A DNA stretch of 64,000 nt from Chloroflexota bacterium. Lineage in GTDB: Bacteria; Chloroflexota; Dehalococcoidia; JACPPY01. The stretch lies in contig JACPPY010000055.1 in NCBI GenBank assembly GCA_016190755.1, forward strand, positions 7,899-71,898. The letters are read 5' to 3'. The position numbers were made by a program, and so were the translations under genes. Positions within the stretch are counted from its first letter, which is position 1, and each line of letters starts with the position of its first letter. This document shows positions 9,005 through 18,295 of this stretch, piece after piece. The notes below the pieces were generated by a model. It did no database searches. It saw only the letters and a list, made by a program, of their open reading frames with translations, and was not told where the DNA came from.

Positions 9005-10173
9005 GATTGACGTACCTGTTCCTTCCCACTGATTCCTGGCCTTATCGTTTGCAGCTCGCCTGTACTTGTCACGTCGTGCCCCGGCACGGCTGCCAGCATC
9101 CTATTGAAGCTGTCACTCTCAACGACAGCCCTCACGGTCCTCACGGGCTCGGTCTCGAGGTTTTCCTCCAGCAGGATAAGGTCATAGCGTTCCTTCATTA
9201 GTGGTATGAAATCGACTTCTGCCACGCTGGCGGCCGATTGCGCCCCCAGGCCGATGTCCGCCTTGCCCTGTGCCACAAGAGAGGCCACCGCAAGGTGTGT
9301 GGCCTCTTCGTGTTCGTAGCCCTTGACCTCAGATGGGCGTATGCCCTGCTTGAGCAGCCACGAATCCAAAAGTACCCGGGTACCCGAGCCCTTCTGCCTG
9401 TTGACGAACGTTATATCCGACCGTTTGAGGTCCGGGACGCCGAGAACCTGCTTGGGGTTTCCACGTGGTACCATAAAGCCCTGCACGCGCTGCACCAGGT
9501 TGATCAGCGCCACGGACTCGTTTGGCAACAGCCTCTTCACAAAAGGGATATTGAACTGGCCGGTCTCCTCATCAAACAGATGAGCCCCTACGATATCAGC
9601 TTCACAGTATTCCAGGGCCACCAGGCCGGCCAGGCTGCCGACGAATGACGGCTCGAGCCTGATCTGCGGGTACAGCATGTTCAGTTGTGAAGCCAGCAGT
9701 TCCACCGCTATGTCGTGGCTGCCAACAAACCGAACAGCTTCACCTACCGTCCGCCTATCGGCATCAGCGCGCCTGGCAGGCGCCTCTCGCCTGGTCCGCC
9801 ACTGGGCCAATCGCAGTGTAAAAACACTCTGTATGTCTTCCACGTCAAACCCAAGCCCCAATGCCTCCAGTATGGTCCTATCCACGGCCGTCTCCAGGCG
9901 TTCTTTAAGCTTTTTCGCCTGCGGCCCTTCTGTCGGGACAGTGGCCACGAAGCTGCCACTGCCGTGCCGCCCTATGATGGTGCCTTCGCTCTCCAAGTGC
10001 CGGTAGGCTCGCGCCACCGTCCCCGGGTCGACGTGCAGACGCTGCGCCAGCTCTCTTATGGCAGGCAGTCGTGCCCCCGGCAGCATCTTTCCCAGGGCCA
10101 CCTGTGTTCTGATATGCTCCGCTATTTGGAGATAGGCCACTCCACCGAGTTGAAAATGAAATTCATTACCCAT
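9001..10173 (-). CDS. Transcriptional regulator: N-terminal GntR-type wHTH fused to a periplasmic-binding-protein-like (oxyanion-binding type) domain
   Basis: N-terminus YLQIAEHIRTQVALGKMLPGARLPAIRELAQRLHVDPGTVARAYRHLESEGTI.GRHGSGSFV matches the GntR HTH pattern. About 270 aa of PBP-like C-terminal domain follow. The stop overlaps the tupA start (ATGA). Confidence 0.75.
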   Translation of the reverse strand: MGNEFHFQLGGVAYLQIAEHIRTQVALGKMLPGARLPAIRELAQRLHVDPGTVARAYRHLESEGTIIGRHGSGSFVATVPTEGPQAKKLKERLETAVDRTILEALGLGFDVEDIQSVFTLRLAQWRTRREAPARRADADRRTVGEAVRFVGSHDIAVELLASQLNMLYPQIRLEPSFVGSLAGLVALEYCEADIVGAHLFDEETGQFNIPFVKRLLPNESVALINLVQRVQGFMVPRGNPKQVLGVPDLKRSDITFVNRQKGSGTRVLLDSWLLKQGIRPSEVKGYEHEEATHLAVASLVAQGKADIGLGAQSAASVAEVDFIPLMKERYDLILLEENLETEPVRTVRAVVESDSFNRMLAAVPGHDVTSTGELQTIRPGISGKEQVRQS

Positions 10174-10174
10174 A

Positions 10175-10204
10175 TGTATGATGTGTACGCGCGCAGTACA
10201 TACA
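10175..10204. promoter_or_regulatory. Imperfect palindrome TGTATG..GTAC-N7-GTAC.CATACA, candidate operator next to the regulator start codon
   Basis: TGTATG (10175..10180) is the reverse complement of CATACA (10199..10204). There is an inner GTAC/GTAC pair (10185..10188, 10196..10199). A possible TCGACA-17-TAAAGT promoter on the minus strand lies just upstream. Confidence 0.3.
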
Positions 10205-10322
10205 CTTTACCACAACATGGCCCGCCTGTCGAGCGTTACCATTTTCTTGTGGATGCCATTTTGGAGTTTAGTTTTGGCCTGTTGCCTATTCCAGGCACAG
10301 CCACGAGACTCGCGCAAAGGCC

Positions 10323-10351
10323 TTGACAACGAATGGGTACCCTCTTAGTAT
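10323..10351 (+). promoter_or_regulatory. Sigma-70-like promoter candidate TTGACA-17nt-TAGTAT
   Basis: TTGACA at 10323..10328, an exact 17-nt spacer, TAGTAT at 10346..10351. The element overlaps the ORF-track ATG at 10333 of the downstream gene. Confidence 0.4.
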
Positions 10352-11703
10352 GGCGGTCAGGTCCGCTGTGCCAGGCGAACGTGGTGCGACACACGGACTC
10401 AGGTGGAATCACGTCGGTATTCTTGTTGTTGCTGGCCGCCGCGATCGTAGGCTTCGGCGTTGTGGGGTACTTCCCTGAAGTATCATCATGGATTCATGAT
10501 ACCGCGACCTACGCACTACAAGTCCTTGGCTCCGGGCTGGCAGTCGTAGCCATTGTGGTCGGGGCCATCGCCTGGCTGATATGGCGTGGCTTCGGCGCTT
10601 TTTTCCGCCACTGGAACTGGTGGCTCGGCACTCTCGCTTTTCTGGTCTCCATCTGGGGAATGCTGGCCCTTTTTTACCCGGAGCAGGGACCGCTGTCCGA
10701 TGTCAGCCTTGGCGGCATGGCAGGCCAGAAAATACTCCTTTACCCCGATATCAGGGGTCTTCTCCGCCTGGCCGGCCTGACCTTCCTGGGGTTCCTACTG
10801 GTGACACCGCGAGGAACGGCACGTTTCTTCTGGACGATAACAAGAGGGGTTGGAATCGCCTTGAAGGGAAGTCGGTCAGCCTTGCACAACCAGGGCACAA
10901 CAACCACCGCACCCGTTCAGCGCGTGGGTTTCGAAGGTCCTCAAGCAACGCGGACCGAACAAATGAAGGCGCCAGCCGTAGCTGAAGCCGAAACGGCGCC
11001 GCAGCAGCCTAGCGTGGCGCCCAAGCATGACAAGGGGACGGTAAGGGGCCTATTGCGACGTGTAGCCCTGGGCCACAGAACTCCAAAAGACGAGATGGCG
11101 GGAGTGCAGGACGGCAAGGACGCGCTGCAGAGTAATCTTGCCCAGATGGTCAAGGCCGTTAGCGCTATGTCCGAGAAACGCGACCCCGCCACGGCTGATC
11201 ATGCTCGGCGCGTGACCCAACTGGTGGACGCGTTGAGCCAGGAGCTTGGCCTACCTGAGGTCCAGGCCCAGGCCATACACGTGGCCGCACAGGTACACGA
11301 CATTGGGAAGATATCGGCCCCGTCGGAAATACTCAATAGGCCCGGAAAACTCACCGAGCAAGAGCAGGCTATAATCCGTACTCATCCTCAAGCGGCGTAT
11401 GACGCTCTCAAGGAAATCTCTTTCCCTCGGCTTATTGCAGATATCGTGCTGCAGCATCACGAGAGGCTCGATGGCTCCGGCTATCCCAATAGTCTGACAG
11501 GGGAGAATATTATTGAAGGGGCGAGGGTGCTGTCTGTGGCGGACGTTGTCGAGGCCATGTCCTCGCACAGGCCTTACAGAGCAGCCCTGACCATAGAGCA
11601 GGCGATGGAAGAGATTTCACGCGACAAAGGCATGCTATACGACCCTCGTGTCGTAGAGGCCTGCCTGAACCTTTTTGCCAGGAAAGGGTTCACGTTCCGT
11701 TAA
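10333..11703 (+). CDS. Membrane-anchored HD-GYP domain protein (putative c-di-GMP phosphodiesterase)
   Basis: N-terminal hydrophobic segments, an Ala/Pro/Gln linker, and a C-terminal HD-GYP domain (HDIGKI ... HHERLDGSGYP). The true start is probably downstream of the promoter candidate, for example GTG 10378. Confidence 0.85.
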   Translation: MGTLLVWRSGPLCQANVVRHTDSGGITSVFLLLLAAAIVGFGVVGYFPEVSSWIHDTATYALQVLGSGLAVVAIVVGAIAWLIWRGFGAFFRHWNWWLGTLAFLVSIWGMLALFYPEQGPLSDVSLGGMAGQKILLYPDIRGLLRLAGLTFLGFLLVTPRGTARFFWTITRGVGIALKGSRSALHNQGTTTTAPVQRVGFEGPQATRTEQMKAPAVAEAETAPQQPSVAPKHDKGTVRGLLRRVALGHRTPKDEMAGVQDGKDALQSNLAQMVKAVSAMSEKRDPATADHARRVTQLVDALSQELGLPEVQAQAIHVAAQVHDIGKISAPSEILNRPGKLTEQEQAIIRTHPQAAYDALKEISFPRLIADIVLQHHERLDGSGYPNSLTGENIIEGARVLSVADVVEAMSSHRPYRAALTIEQAMEEISRDKGMLYDPRVVEACLNLFARKGFTFR

Positions 11704-11777
11704 GCGACGGGAATATGCCTGGAGTATTATTACTTTGTCACACACACCTGCTTGTCGAGTAAACCGTGAGGGAGCAC

Positions 11778-12767
11778 ATGCGCCATAGAGAGCGAGTCAA
11801 AGCAGCCTTGGAAAGCCTGGAGGTCGACAGAACACCGGTCAGCATGTGGCGGCACTTTTTCAAGGAAGAGACGTCGGCGGAAGGTCTCTCCGAGGCGATG
11901 CTGGCCTTCCAGCGCGAGTACGACTGGGATTTCATGAAAGTCAATCCAAGGGCATCCTACCATTGCGAGGACTGGGGCCTGAAGGTGCAATATGACGGTG
12001 ATACCCCTCCAGCCGTCATAGAGAGGCCTGTGCGACACCCCCGGGACTGGTTGAAGCTGGATGTGCTTGACGTTCAGCATGGAGTTCTCGGCGAACACCT
12101 GCGCGCCCTGGAACTGATAGGGAAAGGACTGGAAGACGAGGTCCCATTCATCATGACAGTGTTCACACCGCTATCCATAGCCTCACGAATGGCCCCTTCC
12201 GAGGACGAGTTCCTGGCACACCTGCGGGAACATACGGATAGCGTACGGCAGGCACTAGAGGTCATAACCGAAACCTTTACCTCTTTCTCTTTGGCCTGCC
12301 TGGAAAGGGGCGCCAGCGGCATATTCCTGGCCACCACGTCCTGGGCTACAACCCAGCGCATGACAGAGGATGATTACAGGCTATATGCGCGAGAGTATGA
12401 ACTGAAGCTGTTGAACGCGGTGCATCAGGCAGAATTCAACGTCTTACACATATGCCGGGAGAGAAACATGTTGCAAATACTGAAGGACTATCCTGCTCAC
12501 GCATTCAACTGGGATGCCAGGGCAAAGGGCAATCTTTCCCTGTCTGAGGGAAGGGCAGTGGTCGGTGGCAAGGCCGTTATAGGAGGGTTGCCACACCAGC
12601 ATGACCTTACTGAAGCAAGCCCCCGCGAGCTAATAGCGGAGGAGCGCGGAATGAGGGTGGCCATGGGCAAGAAAGGCTGGTTGCTGGGCCCGGGTTGTAC
12701 CTTCACGTCGGACGCTCAACCAGCTAACCTTCATGCCATAAGACAAGCAGTGGAAACTGTCCCCTAG
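11778..12767 (+). CDS. Uroporphyrinogen decarboxylase (URO-D) family protein, MtaA/CmuA-like methyltransferase fold
   Basis: N-terminus RERVKAALE..EVDRTPV and the overall length are typical of the URO-D family. ATG 11778 is preceded by GAGGGAG. The longest ORF starts at GTG 11766. Confidence 0.7.
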   Translation: MRHRERVKAALESLEVDRTPVSMWRHFFKEETSAEGLSEAMLAFQREYDWDFMKVNPRASYHCEDWGLKVQYDGDTPPAVIERPVRHPRDWLKLDVLDVQHGVLGEHLRALELIGKGLEDEVPFIMTVFTPLSIASRMAPSEDEFLAHLREHTDSVRQALEVITETFTSFSLACLERGASGIFLATTSWATTQRMTEDDYRLYAREYELKLLNAVHQAEFNVLHICRERNMLQILKDYPAHAFNWDARAKGNLSLSEGRAVVGGKAVIGGLPHQHDLTEASPRELIAEERGMRVAMGKKGWLLGPGCTFTSDAQPANLHAIRQAVETVP

Positions 12768-12793
12768 GACAGTGTGATGCCATTCTCTGGCGG

Positions 12794-14389
12794 TCACACG
12801 TGCGGCTTACTCTTTCCCCTGACAGCTACTGTTTGGGCCCGTGTATCACCCCACGTTGGCATGACCATCATGTGCAAGGTCTCTGGGGCCCCGGCGACAA
12901 CTATCATGATATCTTCAGGCTTTTCGCAGGGTGCGAGCTTCCCGTTGACAATGCGCCATCCCGGCTCTCGTTTGCCTCCGGTCAGCGCAAGACACTTCTC
13001 CAGGGACAGGCGGCTGTGCTCGAAAAGGAATCGCTTCACGTCTGCTTTTGAGAGTCCTGCTCTGGCCAGCGCCTTGGACTGGGCAGGCGTGATCACGAAC
13101 AATGGTTCCCCCGTCCCAAGCCAGAAATCGTTATTGCCCACAGTCGCAAGCGAGTCGGCCGCCACGCGCAACCAACTCAAAACATCCGTGCCAGAGACCG
13201 CAGCATTTCTCATATCCTGCACGCCAGCGACCGTGACGGCGCTGTCCTCTTTGCTGAAACCCCGCTCCACGTGTAATGGCTCCCAGGCGCTTCCTTCCTC
13301 GTCCTCGCCGAGGCAAAAAGAATACTTTGCGGGCATGCCCAGGAATGCCATGTCGATATCCCCCGGCAACGCACCTCCAAGGTTGATAAGGACAAGCCTA
13401 ATGGCACGGCCAATAGTCGCGTTGGCTCTCCAGCCCAGGCCAAGGCACCCCCAGCTACAATTCACGTCGAGGTCTCGCCTGGCGGGCCCGTTCACTATGA
13501 GCAATGGCGCAACGGGATTGGTCGTCGCCTGGATTCCATTCAGATTGAACTCCGGGGCAGCCATAGCCTCCACGGCTGCTACCACAACCGGCATGTGCTG
13601 TGGCAAGCAACCCGCCATGACGGCGTTAACAGCTATCTTGCGTATCGTAGCTTCGCCAAAGGCAGGCGCCACATCGGCCACCACCTCATCGGGTGCCCTG
13701 TCCACATACTTGAACATCCTACCAACCCGTGCCGGGGTAGGAGGCACTACAGGCAGGCCGTCACCCCAACGTTTTTCACAGACCAGTGCATAGAACCGGT
13801 CCGGGGAATCCGGAATGTCTAGTATGCCTCCGGCGCCTGATCCTTTTTTGGCCACTATCCTCTTTTGCTGGGCCTTACCTGTAATGGCGTTGATCGCTTG
13901 CTGGATTGCTTCGGAGGCAGCAGCCTCCAGCTCCGCTTCAGCCATTACCTCCACGTTGGCCGGCAGCACGACCAGGCGTAGTCCGGGCATACCACGGCCT
14001 TTCGCCACAAGTTCGGCCTCTTTTACAAAAGAAGAGGTGACAAGTTCAACTGACGGGATGCCCCGCTTTTCCAATTCCACTGTGTCGTGGACACTCCACG
14101 AGGTGCATGACCCTCAGTTGCCCAGGGCAACGATGGCTGCGTCGCATGCGCCTGCCACTTCATCCAGTAGCTCAGGAGGCGCCGCGCCCGTCAGCGGTAT
14201 GCTTTTCCGGAGCAGCCTTGATGGCGTCTTTTGATTGCTCAGCATGGCTTCGAGACGGGTGAAGATGGCCCCGGCGCTGGCCCAGCCGTTATCAAGGAAG
14301 GATACCCTCTTACCGCCCAACGAATTTAGCGGAGCGGAGGGCGCCACGGGAGGTCTCGTCAAACTGTACGTCGGGTCCAGCACCTTCAT
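12794..14389 (-). CDS. UGSC-family selenoprotein (in-frame TGA = Sec at 14114..14116) fused to a large C-terminal domain of unknown function
   Basis: ORFs 14114..14422 and 12794..14080 share one frame and are separated only by a TGA. Read-through gives [28 protein letters not shown]. ATG 14389 is preceded by AAGGAG at 10 nt. A hairpin lies 12 nt after the TGA. Confidence 0.75.
14085..14101 (-). promoter_or_regulatory. SECIS-candidate stem-loop downstream of the in-frame UGA
   Basis: On the mRNA: UCGUGGA-GUG-UCCACGA, a perfect 7-bp stem. Alternatively a 6-bp stem with an AGUGU loop that contains GU. It starts 12 nt after the UGA. Confidence 0.45.
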
Positions 14390-14557
14390 CCAGCTTATAC
14401 TCCTTCGAGGCAGTATCATCACAAACGGGTTGCCATTTCCGTCAGGCTAGCACATCAGGTGTCTTTCGGCAACAGGGGTTATCCAAGATTATCGGCCTTG
14501 GCATGTTTGACACACGCAGCATATTGCTGTATAGGTGAAGACCAAGGCCGGAGCGAA

Positions 14558-15901
14558 ATGAGCGCAGGAAGAGTAATCGTCATAGGAGCAGGGGCCTCTG
14601 GCATGCTGGCGGCTGGAAGGGCGGCCGAATCCGGCGCAGCGGTGTTGCTGCTGGAGAAAACGGAACAGCCGGGGAAAAAGCTGCTCATCACCGGCGGCAG
14701 GCGGTGCAACCTGACCAACGACCGGCCGCTCGAAGAGTTCATTGCCATGTTCGGCAATAACGGGCGCTTCCTCTACGGGCCTTTCAAAGTCTTCTTCAGG
14801 GAAGAGTTGAAGGCCCTGCTGGGACGGTATGGGCTCCAGACGTCTATCGAACCCGACGGCAGGGTCTTCCCGGCATCCATGCTCTCTCGTGACGTGGTCC
14901 TGGTGTTTAATCGATACATGAACGACCATGGAGTGAAAACGCAATTCGGCGCCAGAGTGGAAGGTATTGACGTCGATCACGGCTGGGTGGTTGGTGTCAG
15001 GCTCGCCAATAGGACCATACCTACCAGAGCAGTGGTCATGGCGACCGGTGGAGCTTCTTTCCCCGGCACAGGTTCCAGCGGTGATGGATACCGCATAGCG
15101 GAGCGCCTCGGCCACACTATAGAGCGATTGCGCCCTGCCCTCGTACCGCTCGTCGTCAATGAAATGGACTGCGCCAAGAACATGCAAGGAGTAAGCTTGT
15201 ATAATGTCCGGCTCACTTCCTACGCATGCAAGGCCGAGGATATCGATCCTTCCCTGACGCCCCCACCAGCAGATTGCGGCCGGGGGATAGCCGGTCGAAG
15301 GCCCAGACGTCCGATTATCGAGAGCAGGACAGGAAACGTTGTGATAACCCATTTCGGCATAAGCGGTCCGGCCGTCCTGTTGATGAGCCTGGCTGTAGTG
15401 GACGCAACGGAGCAGGGCCCGGTAAGCGTAGCCATCGACCTGAAGCCAGATATCTCTGAACAGGAGCTAGACCAGCAAATCCGAGGGGAGCTCTCATACC
15501 ATGGCCAACGAAGTTATCAGAACGTCCTGCGCACTCTCGTGCCGCCACGCATGGCCAGCGCCCTGGCAAACCTCACTGGCGTGCCACCGGATAGGCCAGG
15601 ACATCAGGTGACCGCTGAGGAACGAAAACTCCTGACGCGATGCCTGAAGTCTTTTCGTTTCAATATTCAAGGGCCTTTGTCGATGGCCGCGGCAATGGTC
15701 ACTGCCGGCGGGGTGGCGCTGGATGAGATCAACCCTCAGACCATGGAGTCCAGGCTGGTGAGAGGCCTATACTTTTGCGGAGAGGTAATAGACCTGGATG
15801 CGGATACCGGGGGATATAACCTGCAGGCGGCGTTCTCTACAGGTTACGTGGCGGGAGAACGGGCGGCATCAGGTATTCCACATACGCAGGACAGTCCCTA
15901 A
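14558..15901 (+). CDS. NAD(P)/FAD-dependent oxidoreductase, HI0933/BaiN (aminoacetone oxidase-like) family
   Basis: VIVIGAGASGMLAAGRAAESGAAVLLLEK...GKKLLITGGRRCNLTN. C-terminal GGYNLQAAFSTG. The start is moved to ATG 14558, just before the GxGxxG motif. Confidence 0.85.
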   Translation: MSAGRVIVIGAGASGMLAAGRAAESGAAVLLLEKTEQPGKKLLITGGRRCNLTNDRPLEEFIAMFGNNGRFLYGPFKVFFREELKALLGRYGLQTSIEPDGRVFPASMLSRDVVLVFNRYMNDHGVKTQFGARVEGIDVDHGWVVGVRLANRTIPTRAVVMATGGASFPGTGSSGDGYRIAERLGHTIERLRPALVPLVVNEMDCAKNMQGVSLYNVRLTSYACKAEDIDPSLTPPPADCGRGIAGRRPRRPIIESRTGNVVITHFGISGPAVLLMSLAVVDATEQGPVSVAIDLKPDISEQELDQQIRGELSYHGQRSYQNVLRTLVPPRMASALANLTGVPPDRPGHQVTAEERKLLTRCLKSFRFNIQGPLSMAAAMVTAGGVALDEINPQTMESRLVRGLYFCGEVIDLDADTGGYNLQAAFSTGYVAGERAASGIPHTQDSP

Positions 15902-16659
15902 GCCAGTGAGTGCGAGCGAACGCGCACGCCAGTGGCCTCATCCAATTCAACCATCGCCACGCAACCGGTACGCCAGGGGGCGCCAGCGTAGCACGCTGGA
16001 GGTTCCTGGGAGACGACTTCAAAGATTTCCTTGTGGCCAAGCGCCACGTAGTCCCGATTACTGGCCTTGAGGTCATTCACGGAGATCTGATAGCCGCAGA
16101 ACGAAAGGTAATCATCGTTCATGACGAGCCCGTGGGCGAGGGCAACACCCCATTTCTCCTTTCCCCGCGATGGCAGTCCTTCCATGGGCTTGACATCGGC
16201 TTCATACCCACATATTGGCTTGCCCCAGAGAGCAAGGTCAAGCGCAGGAAATCGTAATGTCTCCCCTTGGTCGTTGTATATAACCTTTAGCCCCGGAACA
16301 GCTTCTTCAAGTTTTGCCCGATAGTACACCCCGTCGGGCACAAGACAATCATGATTGCCGGGCAGTATGACCATATTGGTCCGACAGCGACGTAGCTCCC
16401 TGATCGTCTCATCCAAAAGGATGTCGGAGACACGATTGCTGTCGAAGAGGTCTCCGGTTATTACCAGGATGGAAACCTTCTCCTTTTGCGCAGCATCAAT
16501 AACCTTGGCCAAAGAGGTAAGCTTGAGGTCGGCCCCACTGACACCCCACTTCGACGTGTAAACACCGATGTCATCGCCCAGATGTATATCGGAAGTATGC
16601 AGCAGCTTGATTATTGTATATCCTTTCTGATCGCCTTCTTGTGAACGCCGTCGCGACAA
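15898..16659 (-). CDS. Metallophosphoesterase (SbcD/Mre11-like calcineurin fold)
   Basis: Motifs HTSDIHLGDD, ITGDLFD, LPGNHD, LAHG. Confidence 0.8.
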   Translation of the reverse strand: MSRRRSQEGDQKGYTIIKLLHTSDIHLGDDIGVYTSKWGVSGADLKLTSLAKVIDAAQKEKVSILVITGDLFDSNRVSDILLDETIRELRRCRTNMVILPGNHDCLVPDGVYYRAKLEEAVPGLKVIYNDQGETLRFPALDLALWGKPICGYEADVKPMEGLPSRGKEKWGVALAHGLVMNDDYLSFCGYQISVNDLKASNRDYVALGHKEIFEVVSQEPPACYAGAPWRTGCVAMVELDEATGVRVRSHSLA

Positions 16660-16806
16660 CCGATCTGGGCCAACTCATACCATGTCATGCAGCAGCATGC
16701 GAACTGCGTTTATGCTACCTCTTTCGACTTTGATCGCGCAAATCCCACCCGACCGCCGGTCGACACAGAGGTCATCCTGCTTATGGCTCTGACGAACTTC
16801 GTTGCG

Positions 16807-17610
16807 CTAGCGTTCGAACTCAGCTTGGGAGTATATAGTCTCGTTCTTGAGCACCGATATCAAGCGTACCATGCGCATGACATCCCTGTTCAACACATCC
16901 AGACAGGCTGCGGATAATCCGAGACCGGACAATATAGCCAGCACGGCGCCATCTATTGCCGGACGAAGCCTCTTGGGGGCGCCGACCGATGCGTTGCTCA
17001 CCCAGCATATGCTCCTGACAGTCTGTTCGAAGGCATCAGGAAGAGCGCTCAGGAATTTCGTCACCTCGACCAGGTGGCGCGATCCCGGTTCGGCTGTCAC
17101 ATGCAGTATTCCCGGGTCTATCAGTATGCGCTCATCCGGTATTCCAGCTTCCTTCGCCGCACCTACTAAGACCGCAGCCCTATCGAGCATCTCTCTTGCA
17201 TCATTCGGATTTGCCGGGTCCACAACAAGCAGTATCGCATCAGCTTCGTGTTGGGCAACAAGGGAAAGCATCTCCAGGTGGTACTGGCTCAAAGATATGT
17301 GGTTGACAATTGGGGCCACACTGCAGGCCTGAAGTCCGGCCTCAAGCGTGCCTGCATGATTGGTGCTCAGGCAAAGGCGCGTATCAACAGCATCCTGTAT
17401 CGCTTTCACGGCGAACTCCATTATCTCTGGATCATCATGGTGTTGCTGCAAGTTCACATCCAGTACATGGGCCCCGGCGGCCGTGCACTCTTTCGCTATG
17501 GCCTGCAAGAGCAGAGCGGCAGATGTCCTGCTGCCTTCGGGTTTCATGCGCCGAAGCGCTCTGTCTATCCTGCTATCTCGCGTCGTAATGTTGTTGGCGA
17601 CTAACAGCAT
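16807..17610 (-). CDS. Pterin-binding (DHPS-like) domain protein, AcsE/MtrH-like methyltetrahydrofolate methyltransferase paralog
   Basis: Aligns by eye with the AcsE-like protein at 37684..38601 (AHVLDVNL / AYALDLNI; LCLSTN / LSLDTTN). ATG 17610 is preceded by AGGAGAGAGG. Confidence 0.6.
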   Translation of the reverse strand: MLLVANNITTRDSRIDRALRRMKPEGSRTSAALLLQAIAKECTAAGAHVLDVNLQQHHDDPEIMEFAVKAIQDAVDTRLCLSTNHAGTLEAGLQACSVAPIVNHISLSQYHLEMLSLVAQHEADAILLVVDPANPNDAREMLDRAAVLVGAAKEAGIPDERILIDPGILHVTAEPGSRHLVEVTKFLSALPDAFEQTVRSICWVSNASVGAPKRLRPAIDGAVLAILSGLGLSAACLDVLNRDVMRMVRLISVLKNETIYSQAEFER

Positions 17611-17806
17611 CGTAAACCTCTCTCCTAGTTCATTTTTCTGAACCATCATTACCACCCTCATTCTAGCATGTCGTGCATTGGCGTCCTGCATGAGACCGTA
17701 CACACTGACATGTTCCAAGAGTTCTGCTATGATGCAACCCGGCAACTATACAGCAGGCAATGGCGTCGGGCTGCCATTCCGCAGGCAGACAGGATGAGAC
17801 CGAACA

Positions 17807-18283
17807 ATGGAACCGGACCAGATGGATATCCGAGTCCAGGTGGATGAACAGTTCCGGGACCTGTTAGACGAAGGTCATCTGGCCTCGCTAATACGGAGGG
17901 TGCTCACGTCAGAAGGCAAGTCAGGTCCGCTTGAGGTTGGACTGTTCGTTACGGACCAGGAAACAATACGTGACCTCAATCGTGAGTACCGTCACCTGGA
18001 TGAGCCGACGGACGTACTGTCCTTCGCATTGAACGAGCCGGCGATTGGGAAAACTCCCTTCGTCCTGCCACCAGATGCGGTCGTTCGGTTGGGTGAAGTA
18101 GTTATCTCGTACCCCCAGGCATGTATCCAGGCCAGGACACGACACAAGCCCGTCGATCTGGAGATCGCTTTGCTGCTCGTTCACGGCGTTCTGCATTTGC
18201 TCGGCTATGACCATGAACGACCCGACGACGAGGTGCGTATGCGCGCCAGAGAGAAGGCCATACTCGAAACAAGTACTCCCTGA
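17807..18283 (+). CDS. ybeY: rRNA maturation RNase YbeY
   Basis: HGVLHLLGYDH zinc-binding motif; 158 aa. Confidence 0.9.
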   Translation: MEPDQMDIRVQVDEQFRDLLDEGHLASLIRRVLTSEGKSGPLEVGLFVTDQETIRDLNREYRHLDEPTDVLSFALNEPAIGKTPFVLPPDAVVRLGEVVISYPQACIQARTRHKPVDLEIALLLVHGVLHLLGYDHERPDDEVRMRAREKAILETSTP

Positions 18284-18295
18284 GGAGGTCAACTG

